DNA from: Bacillota bacterium
GTDB taxonomy: Bacteria; Bacillota; Dethiobacteria; DTU022
Assembly (NCBI GenBank): GCA_029552125.1
Contig: JAKPEE010000069.1
Location: 93,641-157,640, forward strand
Reading direction: 5' to 3'
DNA: 64,000 nt
Part shown: positions 1 to 8,154 of the stretch, piece by piece
How the letters are laid out: every line of letters begins with the position of its first letter
Numbering within the stretch: position 1 is the first letter of the stretch
The notes under the pieces: model-generated
What the model was told of the DNA's origin: nothing
What the model saw: the letters and a program-made list of their open reading frames with translations, nothing else
Database searches by the model: none
Made by a program: the position numbers and the translations under genes

Positions 1-787
1 CCGGGTTAACTGCGCCTCCCTAACGGACACCCTGCTGGAAAGCGAGCTTTTTGGCTATACCGAAGGGGCCTTTACCGGGGCCAAAAAAGGAGGGAGGAAG
101 GGCTATTTTGAAGAGGCCCACCAGGGCACCCTCTTCCTGGACGAAATCGGGTCCATGAGCCTGGAAGCCCAGGCCCGGCTGCTCAGAGTGCTGCAGGAGG
201 GTGAAATAGTGCGCGTGGGAGAATCGCGGGCCCGGGCCGTCGATGTTCGTATAATCGCCGCCACCAACGCCGACCTGGAAGAGTTGATGCAGCAGGGCCT
301 TTTCCGCAAGGATCTTTATTACCGCCTCAACGTGTTCCCCATACACCTGCCTCCGCTTAGAGAAATTCCTGAAGATATACCCCTGCTAGCCGATTATTTT
401 ATTCATCGCTACGGCCAGGAATACGGCCGCCTGGCCGTTGCGGCTGCCCCTTCCGTATATAAGCGCCTCCAGCAATATGACTGGCCGGGCAATATGCGCG
501 AACTGCAAAACGTTATTTCACGGGCCTTGATTAATCTGGGGCGAGATCAATCGGTCATTAAAGAAGAACACCTGCTAATCCCCTTTGCCGCTGCCCCGAA
601 GCCTAAAGGCGAAGGCATTACCTACAGCGGCGGCTCCCTGAAGCAACTGCAGCAGGCCTGGGAAAAAGAGTTGATTGAACAGGTGCTGATGCAGTGCGGC
701 GGCAACAAAACTGAAGCTGCCCGCCGGCTCCAGATTTCACTGCGCAGCCTTTATAACAAACTTGAACGCTACCGCTCCGGCGATTAA
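1..787 (+). CDS. Sigma-54-dependent Fis-family transcriptional activator, C-terminal part only; the gene starts upstream of the window.
   Basis: The frame is open from position 1. The translation contains the GAFTGA motif (ESELFGYTEGAFTGA), the AAA+ sigma-54 interaction domain (GTLFLDEIG, RVIAATN) and a C-terminal Fis-type HTH (NKTEAARRLQISLRSLYNKL). Confidence 0.85.
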   Translation, partial: RVNCASLTDTLLESELFGYTEGAFTGAKKGGRKGYFEEAHQGTLFLDEIGSMSLEAQARLLRVLQEGEIVRVGESRARAVDVRIIAATNADLEELMQQGLFRKDLYYRLNVFPIHLPPLREIPEDIPLLADYFIHRYGQEYGRLAVAAAPSVYKRLQQYDWPGNMRELQNVISRALINLGRDQSVIKEEHLLIPFAAAPKPKGEGITYSGGSLKQLQQAWEKELIEQVLMQCGGNKTEAARRLQISLRSLYNKLERYRSGD

Positions 788-882
788 AAGTCGATTCCCG
801 CTTCCTCAATCCTTCCCCGTTCAACCGGCCCTGCCACGGCCAGGTTATTTTTTTACCGGCTGTTGTCAAAAGATTCAGAAGA

Positions 883-899
883 TGGCATGTCAATTGCAA
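883..899 (+). promoter_or_regulatory. Sigma-54 (-24/-12) promoter upstream of the leucine dehydrogenase and 2-oxoacid oxidoreductase operon.
   Basis: TGGCAT-N5-TTGCA at 883-898 matches the TGGCAC-N5-TTGCW consensus with exact spacing, about 40 nt upstream of the ATG at 940. A sigma-54 activator gene lies immediately upstream. Confidence 0.6.
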
Positions 900-939
900 T
901 ATTGTTTTTTGAATTTTTCAGCTAAAGGGGAGGAGAGCG

Positions 940-2004
940 ATGCCAGGATATTTCTCTGCCATGGAGAAACAGGGCTTCGAAGAACTGCTCTTTGCCCACG
1001 ATGCTTCAACAGGCTTAAAGGCTGTTATCGCCATCCATAGCACTATTCTTGGCCCGGCCCTGGGCGGCACCCGGATGTGGCCCTATCCCACCGAAGAAGC
1101 GGCGGTGAACGATGTCATGCGCCTGGCCAGGGGGATGACCTACAAGGCGGCCATGGCGGACCGGGATCTGGGAGGCGGCAAAGCGGTAATCATCGGGGAC
1201 CCCTGCCGCGACAAGAGCGAGAAGCTTTTACGGGCGTACGGGCGTTTTGTAGATAAACTGGGCGGCCGTTATATTACCGCAGAGGACATGGGGATTGGCG
1301 AGAAGGACCTGGACTGGGTCCGCCAGGAGACGGCCCATGTGTTAGGGGATTCCAGCCAGGGCAGCCCCTCGCCCTTTACGGCTTACGGTGTATGGCGAGG
1401 GATCAAAGCCTCCGCCCGGGACGCCCTGGGCAGCGATTCGCTTGAGGGATTGACGGTGGCGGTGCAGGGGCTGGGAGGCGTTGGAAGCAGGCTCTGCGAA
1501 TACCTGGCCGGAGAAGGAGCCCGTTTAATCGTGGCGGATCTTGACCCGGAAAAAGTTAAAGGGGCGGTCTCCCGGTGGGCGGCGAAAGCCGTAGCTCCAG
1601 AAGAGATCCATGCCCGGGAGTGTGATATTTTTGCGCCCTGTGCGGCCGGAGGGATCATTAATGAGCTAACCATTCCGCAGCTTAAGTGCCGCATTGTGGC
1701 CGGGGCCGCCAACAATGTGCTGCAGGACAGGGCCTGCGGCGCTGGACTGATGAACCGCGGCATACTCTATGCGCCCGATTACGTCATCAATGCCGGTGGC
1801 CTGATTTACGTTGATTCCATACGGCTCGGCCTGAAAGATCCCGATGAGATTCGCCGGGTGGTGGGTCGCATTGAACAAAGACTTACGCACATTTTTAAAC
1901 GTTCAGCCGCGGAAAAACAGCCCCCGGAAGTTGTGGCCGATTTGATGGCTGAAGAGCGGCTGCAGAGCGGGGCTAAAGCCGCCCCAACTGAAACCTGGGC
2001 CTAG
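940..2004 (+). CDS. Glu/Leu/Phe/Val dehydrogenase family protein, most likely leucine or branched-chain amino-acid dehydrogenase.
   Basis: 354 aa with family motifs (GGxK catalytic region GGGKAVIIGDP, Rossmann motif GLGGVGS). The RBS AAGGGGAGGAG precedes the ATG at 940. Confidence 0.85.
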   Translation: MPGYFSAMEKQGFEELLFAHDASTGLKAVIAIHSTILGPALGGTRMWPYPTEEAAVNDVMRLARGMTYKAAMADRDLGGGKAVIIGDPCRDKSEKLLRAYGRFVDKLGGRYITAEDMGIGEKDLDWVRQETAHVLGDSSQGSPSPFTAYGVWRGIKASARDALGSDSLEGLTVAVQGLGGVGSRLCEYLAGEGARLIVADLDPEKVKGAVSRWAAKAVAPEEIHARECDIFAPCAAGGIINELTIPQLKCRIVAGAANNVLQDRACGAGLMNRGILYAPDYVINAGGLIYVDSIRLGLKDPDEIRRVVGRIEQRLTHIFKRSAAEKQPPEVVADLMAEERLQSGAKAAPTETWA

Positions 2005-2019
2005 GTGTGCAAAATTCTG

Positions 2020-2056
2020 CAAGCAAATATTTGCAAATTGCAGATATTTGCAAGGA
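2020..2056 (+). promoter_or_regulatory. Dyad/palindromic element between the dehydrogenase and oxidoreductase genes, probably a regulator-binding site.
   Basis: GCAAATATTTGC is a perfect 12-nt palindrome. It overlaps TGCAA-A-TTGCA and a repeated ATATTTGCAA half-site. It is not a canonical sigma-54 site because there is no GG at -24. Confidence 0.3.
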
Positions 2057-2065
2057 GGGGTACAG

Positions 2066-2656
2066 ATGAACGGCATGACCGAATTTCGGCTGCACGGGCG
2101 GGGCGGCCAGGGTATTGTGGCCGCGGCGGCGGTTTTTGCCGAAGCAGTATTTCGGGAAGGCCGCTATGCCCGGGCCTTTTCCCTGTTCGGCGCGGAGCGG
2201 CGCGGCGCGCCGGTAACAGCTTTTATCCGGGTCAGCGACAGCCCGCTCATGCCCCGCTGCCGCGTTTACCGTCCTGATTATGTCGCCGTCCTTGACGTTA
2301 CCCTCGGCGGCTCCGCCGTCCGCTCCGGATTAAAGGAGGGAGGCGCGCTGTTAATCAATGCCCCGGACAGCCAAAACGCAGCCAGCCTGATGGAGGAGCT
2401 GAACCCGGACGGCGCCATTAAGCTCTACACGGTTAACGCCACGGCCATTGCCGTAAAACATAACTTAACCATCGGCGGTTTTCCCATGGTCAACACAGTG
2501 ATCATTGGCGCCCTGGCGCGTATATGCGGCCTGGCCGGCCTGGCCAGCATTGAGGAGGCCGTAGCCAGGCGGGTTTCCTCCCGGCGGGAAGACAATCTCA
2601 AGGCAGCGGCGGAGGGCTTTGCGGCGGTACGGGAGGTGAGCGGCCATGAACGGTGA
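2066..2656 (+). CDS. 2-oxoacid:ferredoxin oxidoreductase gamma subunit (PorG/VorG-like).
   Basis: The N-terminus MNGMTEFRLHGRGGQGIVAAA is typical of gamma subunits. RBS AGGAGG at 2053-2058; ATG at 2066. Confidence 0.85.
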   Translation: MNGMTEFRLHGRGGQGIVAAAAVFAEAVFREGRYARAFSLFGAERRGAPVTAFIRVSDSPLMPRCRVYRPDYVAVLDVTLGGSAVRSGLKEGGALLINAPDSQNAASLMEELNPDGAIKLYTVNATAIAVKHNLTIGGFPMVNTVIIGALARICGLAGLASIEEAVARRVSSRREDNLKAAAEGFAAVREVSGHER

Positions 2657-4190
2657 ACAGATCCTGGAAATGGAGAAAATCTACTTGAATGTTGTCCCCA
2701 GCACGGCCAATAAAACCGGGGAGTGGAGGCTGCTTACTCCCACCCGGAAGGAAAAAATCTCACCCTGCCGCCAGGGGTGTCCCCTGGGGGGAGAAATACC
2801 GGCCTGGCTAAATGCGATCAAAAGAAACAACTGGGCTGAAGCCTGGGAGATTATGCAGCGGAAAAACCCCTTCCCGGCCATAACCGGCCAGGTCTGTTTT
2901 CACCCCTGTACAGCAGAATGCAACCGGCGCAACCTGGACGAGGCCATCAATATCCCCGCCATGGAGCGGGCCCTGGGGCTGTGGAGACTGCAGAACTGCC
3001 GTCCTGCAGCGCCGCCTCGCCGGGTGGAGGGAAAGATCGCTGTCGTCGGTTCCGGGCCGGCGGGTTTAAGCTGCGCCTATTATCTCAACCGTGCCGGTTA
3101 CCGGGTAACAGTAATCGAACGGGCCCCGGTGGCCGGAGGCCTTCTGGCCCTGGGCATCCCCTCCTACCGCCTACCGCGGGAGATCTTGCAGCAGGAGCTG
3201 CAACTGCTGCAGGAAGAGGGCGTTCAATTTGTCCTGAACTGCTCCGTGGGGCGGGATATGGAGATTTCACGCTTATATGATGATTATGACCAGGTCTTCC
3301 TGGCTACGGGAGCCGCTCTCTCCCGCATGCCATCGCTTCCGGGAGTAAAACTAAACGGTGTCTGGAGCGCCCTGGATTTTTTACAACAGGTAAACCTGGG
3401 CCGTACCCTGGAGATCCAGAACCCGGTGGCGGTGGTGGGCGGCGGCAACGCCGCCATTGATGCGGCCCGCTCCGCCATGCGGATTAAGGGTATCGACCGG
3501 GTCACTGTTCTTTACCGGCGCACTAAGGAGGAAATGCCGGCGGATCCGGAAGAAGTGGCCGCGGCCGCCGCGGAAGGCGTCCAGTTTGTATTCAACGTTA
3601 CGCCCCGTGAATTGAAGGGAGAGCAGGGCCGCCTGGTAGAGGCAATTTTAAACCGCAGCCATACTTCCGGTGAAAAACTAATTATTGACCGGGATACCGA
3701 GCTGCGGATTTACTGTAAAACTCTGATTTTTGCGGTAGGACAGGAGCGCGACTGGAGCGTTTTCGGGACGCTGCACCGGGAGATTCGCCTCTGTGCCGGA
3801 GGCGATCTGATTAGCGGCCCGGCGGCAGTACCGCAGGCCATTCAAGCGGGGCGCATCGCTGCCGAGGCCCTTGCCGCACAGTTGGAAGGAAAGCCCGGCC
3901 CTGATCCCAGCCCCCCGGAAAGCGGCGCCGTAACATTCGAGGAGCTTCACCTGGCCGCCTGGCCCGGCCTGGCGGCCCGGGGGCGCCAGGAAGATCCTTC
4001 CGCCGAAGCGGAAAGGTGCCTGGGGTGCGGCACCTGCAACTCCTGCGGCATCTGTTACCTCTTCTGCCCCGATGTGGCCGTAACCCCGGATCAAGGCCGC
4101 TACCTGTTTGATCTCAATTTTTGCAAGGGCTGCGGCATCTGCGCCCGGGAATGCCCGGCCAGGGCCCTCATGATGGAAGGAGGCTGGTAG
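2646..4190 (+). CDS. Fusion protein: GltD-like NAD(P)H-dependent oxidoreductase fused to the delta (2x[4Fe-4S]) subunit of a 2-oxoacid:ferredoxin oxidoreductase.
   Basis: N-terminal Cys clusters (CRQGCPLGG, CFHPCTAEC) and the FAD/NAD Rossmann motifs GSGPAGLSCA and VVGGGNAAIDAA match glutamate synthase beta-chain-like proteins. The C-terminus CLGCGTCNSCGICYLFCP...CKGCGICARECP is a PorD-type ferredoxin. RBS GGGAGGTGA precedes the ATG at 2646, which overlaps the gamma stop. Confidence 0.8.
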   Translation: MNGEQILEMEKIYLNVVPSTANKTGEWRLLTPTRKEKISPCRQGCPLGGEIPAWLNAIKRNNWAEAWEIMQRKNPFPAITGQVCFHPCTAECNRRNLDEAINIPAMERALGLWRLQNCRPAAPPRRVEGKIAVVGSGPAGLSCAYYLNRAGYRVTVIERAPVAGGLLALGIPSYRLPREILQQELQLLQEEGVQFVLNCSVGRDMEISRLYDDYDQVFLATGAALSRMPSLPGVKLNGVWSALDFLQQVNLGRTLEIQNPVAVVGGGNAAIDAARSAMRIKGIDRVTVLYRRTKEEMPADPEEVAAAAAEGVQFVFNVTPRELKGEQGRLVEAILNRSHTSGEKLIIDRDTELRIYCKTLIFAVGQERDWSVFGTLHREIRLCAGGDLISGPAAVPQAIQAGRIAAEALAAQLEGKPGPDPSPPESGAVTFEELHLAAWPGLAARGRQEDPSAEAERCLGCGTCNSCGICYLFCPDVAVTPDQGRYLFDLNFCKGCGICARECPARALMMEGGW

Positions 4191-4191
4191 C

Positions 4192-5334
4192 ATGCCTGTG
4201 GAGTTAATCACCGGCAACCAGGCTGCGGCCCTGGCGGTGCAGCGTGCCGGAGTGGAACTGGTGGCCGCTTATCCGATTACGCCCCAGACAGCGATCGTGG
4301 AAACCCTCGCCAGCCTGCATGCGCAGGGTGAATTAAAAGGCGAATTCGTCAGCGTGGAATCGGAATATGCCGCCCTGGCCTGCTGCAGCGGCGCTGCGGC
4401 AGCAGGGGCAAGGGTTTTTACCGCCACTTCATCGCACGGCCTGGCCTACATGCATGAAATGATCCACTGGTGCGCCGGGGCGCGCTTTCCCATCGTCATG
4501 GCCGGCGTGAACCGGGCCCTGGGCGGACCGTGGTGCCTCGATCCCGATCAGGGCGACAGTCTCAGCCAGCGCGATACCGGGTGGCTGCAACTTTATTGCT
4601 CCAGCGCCCAGGAAGTTTTCGACACCATTATTCAGGCTTACGCCCTGGCCGAAAAAATTATGCTGCCCTGCATGGTTATTTACGACGGTTTCTATATTTC
4701 GCATACCTACGAGACCGTGGATATACCGGACAGGGAAGAGGTGCAGCGTTTTCTGGGCCCGCCCTCTTTCGCCGCCCAGGTTCAGCCAGGCTTACCGGCC
4801 AACCTCCACGGTTTAAGCACCGGCGAAACGCAGGCCAAACTTGTCCGCGAGCGGCACCGCACCATGAAGGAAGCTCTGGCGGTATTAAAAGAGATTAATG
4901 CCCGTTTTGCCGCCGCCTTTAACCGGAAATACGAACCGGTGGAAGCGTATTTCCCCGGGAAAATAAAAAATGTGGTCGTGGCTGCCGGCGCCTGCGCTGA
5001 TACTGTGCGCTGGTGCCTGCCCCGGCTGGCCGATACCGGCTTGATCAGGTTGAAAGCTCTCCGGCCTTTTCCGGGAGAAGAAATTAGCCTGCTTCTGGAA
5101 AAACAGAAGATCGAGCGGATCGTAGTGGTGGATCGCAACTGCTCAACCGGCATGGGCGGCATCCTGGCCCAGGAGCTTAAAGCAGCCCTGTACCCCCTTA
5201 ATTCTCCTCCCGCCGTTTATGATTTGATCCTGGCCGGAGGGATTGATTTTACGCCGCAAATGCTGCAGCGGCTGCTGGCCCAGCGCGAACCGCACCGCGG
5301 CTTTGCTGAAATCTGGGGGGTGGATTTACTGTGA
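4192..5334 (+). CDS. 2-oxoacid:ferredoxin oxidoreductase alpha subunit.
   Basis: 380 aa with PorA/VorA-like motifs (YPITPQT, EYAALACCSGAA). RBS GGAAGGAGG. Confidence 0.85.
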   Translation: MPVELITGNQAAALAVQRAGVELVAAYPITPQTAIVETLASLHAQGELKGEFVSVESEYAALACCSGAAAAGARVFTATSSHGLAYMHEMIHWCAGARFPIVMAGVNRALGGPWCLDPDQGDSLSQRDTGWLQLYCSSAQEVFDTIIQAYALAEKIMLPCMVIYDGFYISHTYETVDIPDREEVQRFLGPPSFAAQVQPGLPANLHGLSTGETQAKLVRERHRTMKEALAVLKEINARFAAAFNRKYEPVEAYFPGKIKNVVVAAGACADTVRWCLPRLADTGLIRLKALRPFPGEEISLLLEKQKIERIVVVDRNCSTGMGGILAQELKAALYPLNSPPAVYDLILAGGIDFTPQMLQRLLAQREPHRGFAEIWGVDLL

Positions 5335-6218
5335 ACAGTAAGATTAATTTTATACAGCCGGAATATCTCCATTCCGGCCACTACGCCTGCCCCGGATGCG
5401 GGGCGGCCCTGGCGGTGCGCTACCTGGCCAGGGCCCTCGGCCCGGACCTGGTAGTGGTCATTACCGCTTCTTGCTGGAGCATCATTGCCGGAATGCCCCC
5501 CCTGTCGGCGTTAAAATGCCCGATTTTACACTGTCCTTTCCCCAGTGCCGGCGCTGTTGGCAGCGGGTTAAGGCGCGGGCTGGATTTGCGCGGCAAGCAC
5601 AGCACCACCGTGCTAGTCCTGGCCGGAGATGGGGGGACTTTTGATATCGGGCTGCAGGCCCTCTCCGGAGCGGCCCAGCGCAACGAAAATTTTATCTTTG
5701 TCTGCTACGATAATGAAGCTTATATGAATACGGGTATTCAAACCAGCTCCGCCACGCCTTTCGGCGCCCACACCACTACCGCCCCCTATCCCTTGTTTAA
5801 AAAGGGCGCTAAGAAAGATATTATGCACATCATGGCCGCTCACGGCATTCCTTACGCCGCCACGGCCACGGTGGCTTTTCCCGGCGACCTGGAGCAAAAA
5901 TTCAGGCGGGCCCGGCAAATTGAAGGTTTTCGCTTTATTCATATTTTGTCTCCATGCCCTCCGGGCTGGGGCGCCGATTCCGCCGATACGGTGGAGCTAT
6001 CCCGCCTGGCCGTGGAAACAGGGTTTTTCCCGCTCATGGAAATATTTGAAGGCGGGGCGCCGGTGCTGACATACCGCCCGGAAAAGAGAGTTCCCCTGGA
6101 GCAATACCTGAAGCTGCAGCGGCGCTTCCGGCCCCTGGAACTGCAGCAAATTGAGACCCTGCAACAGGGCGTTGATGAGGAATGGGAACGCTTATTAAAG
6201 GCGGCCGGACCTGTATAA
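5331..6218 (+). CDS. 2-oxoacid:ferredoxin oxidoreductase beta subunit (TPP-binding).
   Basis: CPGCG motif near the N-terminus and the TPP-binding GDG...N region. The GTG start overlaps the alpha stop. Confidence 0.85.
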   Translation: MNSKINFIQPEYLHSGHYACPGCGAALAVRYLARALGPDLVVVITASCWSIIAGMPPLSALKCPILHCPFPSAGAVGSGLRRGLDLRGKHSTTVLVLAGDGGTFDIGLQALSGAAQRNENFIFVCYDNEAYMNTGIQTSSATPFGAHTTTAPYPLFKKGAKKDIMHIMAAHGIPYAATATVAFPGDLEQKFRRARQIEGFRFIHILSPCPPGWGADSADTVELSRLAVETGFFPLMEIFEGGAPVLTYRPEKRVPLEQYLKLQRRFRPLELQQIETLQQGVDEEWERLLKAAGPV

Positions 6219-6244
6219 GCAATTGAAGTAAAGTTTTCCCCTCC

Positions 6245-6286
6245 TGGCCCGGTCCCGCCTGGTGCGGGCCGGGTCTTTTTAACTGA
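6245..6286 (+). terminator. Rho-independent terminator after the oxidoreductase operon.
   Basis: A GC-rich hairpin (CCCGGTCCCGCC...GGTGCGGGCCGGG) is followed by TCTTTTT. Confidence 0.55.
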
Positions 6287-6404
6287 GTACACCGGTATTA
6301 ACTAAAACCTCTGGAAATATTTTAGAATAATAATAAATTTTATAATTGAAACAGCAGGATTTTTTTAGCCGAAAGCAGAAGATACAAACCATAACAATGA
6401 GGAG

Positions 6405-7259
6405 GTGAGCGATTTGCGCGAGATTACAGCCGCTGAAATTGCGGGACATGTGGCCGAAATGTGTCAGGAAGCAAATCTTTATCTGGGCGAAGAGATGGAA
6501 CAGGCTTTAAAACGATCCCTGGAAGTTGAAGAATCACCCACGGGCAAAGAAGTACTGCAGCAGTTAATCGAAAATTTGGAAATTGCCCGCAAAGAGCAAA
6601 TACCTATCTGCCAGGATACGGGATTTGCCGTTTTTTTTGTGGAATGGGGCCAGGATGTTCATCTGACCGGAGGAACCCTGGAAGAAGCGATTAACGAAGG
6701 GGTCCGCCGGGGCTACCAGGAAGGCTATTTACGCAAATCCATCGTGGGCGACCCTCTTTATGACCGTAAAAACACCGGAGACAATACCCCCGCCGTGATT
6801 CATACCACCATTGTTGCCGGTGACAGGGTCAAAATTGCCTTTGCACCCAAGGGTGGAGGCAGTGAAAATATGAGCACGGTGAAAATGCTGAAGCCTGCCG
6901 ACGGGGAAAAAGGGGTCATCGATTTTGTGGTCAACCACATTAAAGCGGCCGGACCTAATCCCTGCCCGCCCATCGTTATCGGTGTGGGTATTGGCGGCAC
7001 CTTTGACAAAGTGGCGGTTCTGGCTAAGAAGGCTCTGCTGCGCCCGGTAGGACAGCCTCATCCGGATCCGGCCTACGCCGCCCTGGAGCAAAAAATACTT
7101 AAAGAAATCAATAAGCTGGGCATTGGACCCCAGGGTTTTGGCGGTCGCGTGACCGCTCTGGCGGTACACATCGAAACCTTCCCCTCCCATATCGCCAGCC
7201 TGGCGGCGGCAGTGAATATCAACTGCCATGCCTGCCGCCACCTGGAAAGAGAGATCTAA
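6405..7259 (+). CDS. fumA: Class I (Fe-S) fumarate hydratase, alpha (N-terminal catalytic) subunit.
   Basis: Matches the Fe-S hydro-lyase alpha-subunit family (CQDTGFAVFFVEWG, GIGGTFDK, NINCHACRHL). The start is uncertain: GTG at 6405, or TTG at 6414 with a better spacer to GGAGG. Confidence 0.85.
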   Translation: MSDLREITAAEIAGHVAEMCQEANLYLGEEMEQALKRSLEVEESPTGKEVLQQLIENLEIARKEQIPICQDTGFAVFFVEWGQDVHLTGGTLEEAINEGVRRGYQEGYLRKSIVGDPLYDRKNTGDNTPAVIHTTIVAGDRVKIAFAPKGGGSENMSTVKMLKPADGEKGVIDFVVNHIKAAGPNPCPPIVIGVGIGGTFDKVAVLAKKALLRPVGQPHPDPAYAALEQKILKEINKLGIGPQGFGGRVTALAVHIETFPSHIASLAAAVNINCHACRHLEREI

Positions 7260-7281
7260 GGGGAGGAGACTGAAACGGCTA

Positions 7282-7330
7282 CAGGAGACAAGAGCTAGGA
7301 GATTGTAGCCGGGTTTGGTTTTCTGAAGGG
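7282..7330 (+). terminator. Hairpin plus U-rich tract inside the fumA-fumB spacer; a possible attenuator or weak terminator.
   Basis: GGCTACA-N20-TGTAGCC is followed by GGGTTTGGTTTTCTG. Confidence 0.3.
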
Positions 7331-7485
7331 AATGCAGAATCCAGAAGCCAGAATTCAGAAGAAAAGCATGGGAGACAGGGAGACAGGATTCTCACATCCA
7401 ACCTCTCACTTCCCACATCTCATAAGCGCGGCATGCCGCCTTGCAGTACAAGACTTAATTGAAGAGCATGAAAGGAGGAAGTCAG

Positions 7486-8040
7486 GTGGAGTTGAAACGT
7501 TTGCAAGCGCCGCTTAGCGACGAAGACGTGCTGCAGCTCAAAGCCGGTGATAATGTTTTAATCAGCGGGGTTATCTATGCGGCACGGGATGCGGCCCATA
7601 AGAAACTGGTGGAGCTGATGGATAAAGGGGAGCCGCTGCCCGTTGACCTGCAAGGCCAGATTATCTACTACGTCGGCCCGACCCCGGCCAAACCGGGGCA
7701 GCCAATCGGGTCAGCCGGGCCAACTACCAGCGGGCGCATGGATGCCTACACTCCGCGCATGCTGGAACACGGCATGAAAGCCTGTATCGGCAAAGGGCTG
7801 CGTAACAGTGCGGTTAAAGAAGCCCTGATCAAATATAAGGGAGTGTACCTGGCGGCGGTGGGAGGCGCCGGAGCGCTGCTTTCCAAGCGCATCGTCTCCA
7901 GCGAAGTAGTGGCCTACCCGGAACTGGGTGCCGAAGCGATTCGCCGCATGGAAGTGAAAGACTTCCCCGCCACGGTGATCAACGATGCGTACGGTAATGA
8001 CCTCTATGAAGAGGGAGCCAGGCAGTACCGCATTGAATAA
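7486..8040 (+). CDS. fumB: Class I fumarate hydratase, beta (C-terminal) subunit.
   Basis: Conserved beta-subunit region (GPTPAKPGQPIGSAGPTTSGRMD). RBS AAGGAGGAA plus a 5-nt spacer, then GTG at 7486. Confidence 0.85.
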   Translation: MELKRLQAPLSDEDVLQLKAGDNVLISGVIYAARDAAHKKLVELMDKGEPLPVDLQGQIIYYVGPTPAKPGQPIGSAGPTTSGRMDAYTPRMLEHGMKACIGKGLRNSAVKEALIKYKGVYLAAVGGAGALLSKRIVSSEVVAYPELGAEAIRRMEVKDFPATVINDAYGNDLYEEGARQYRIE

Positions 8041-8154
8041 AAGGGAGCATTATCTTTCAGGAATTCAGAAACCAAATAATCAGAATAACTACTATGGCCA
8101 TTTTAAGCTGGACCTGAGGAGAGTTCCAAAAACATCTGAAAGGTGGTTTTCGGG

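Noticed and set aside
2005-2060. A possible second sigma-54 promoter before the oxidoreductase gamma subunit, suggested by its TTGCA elements.
   Set aside because: It lacks the GG dinucleotide at -24 with correct spacing. It is better described as a palindromic operator-like dyad.
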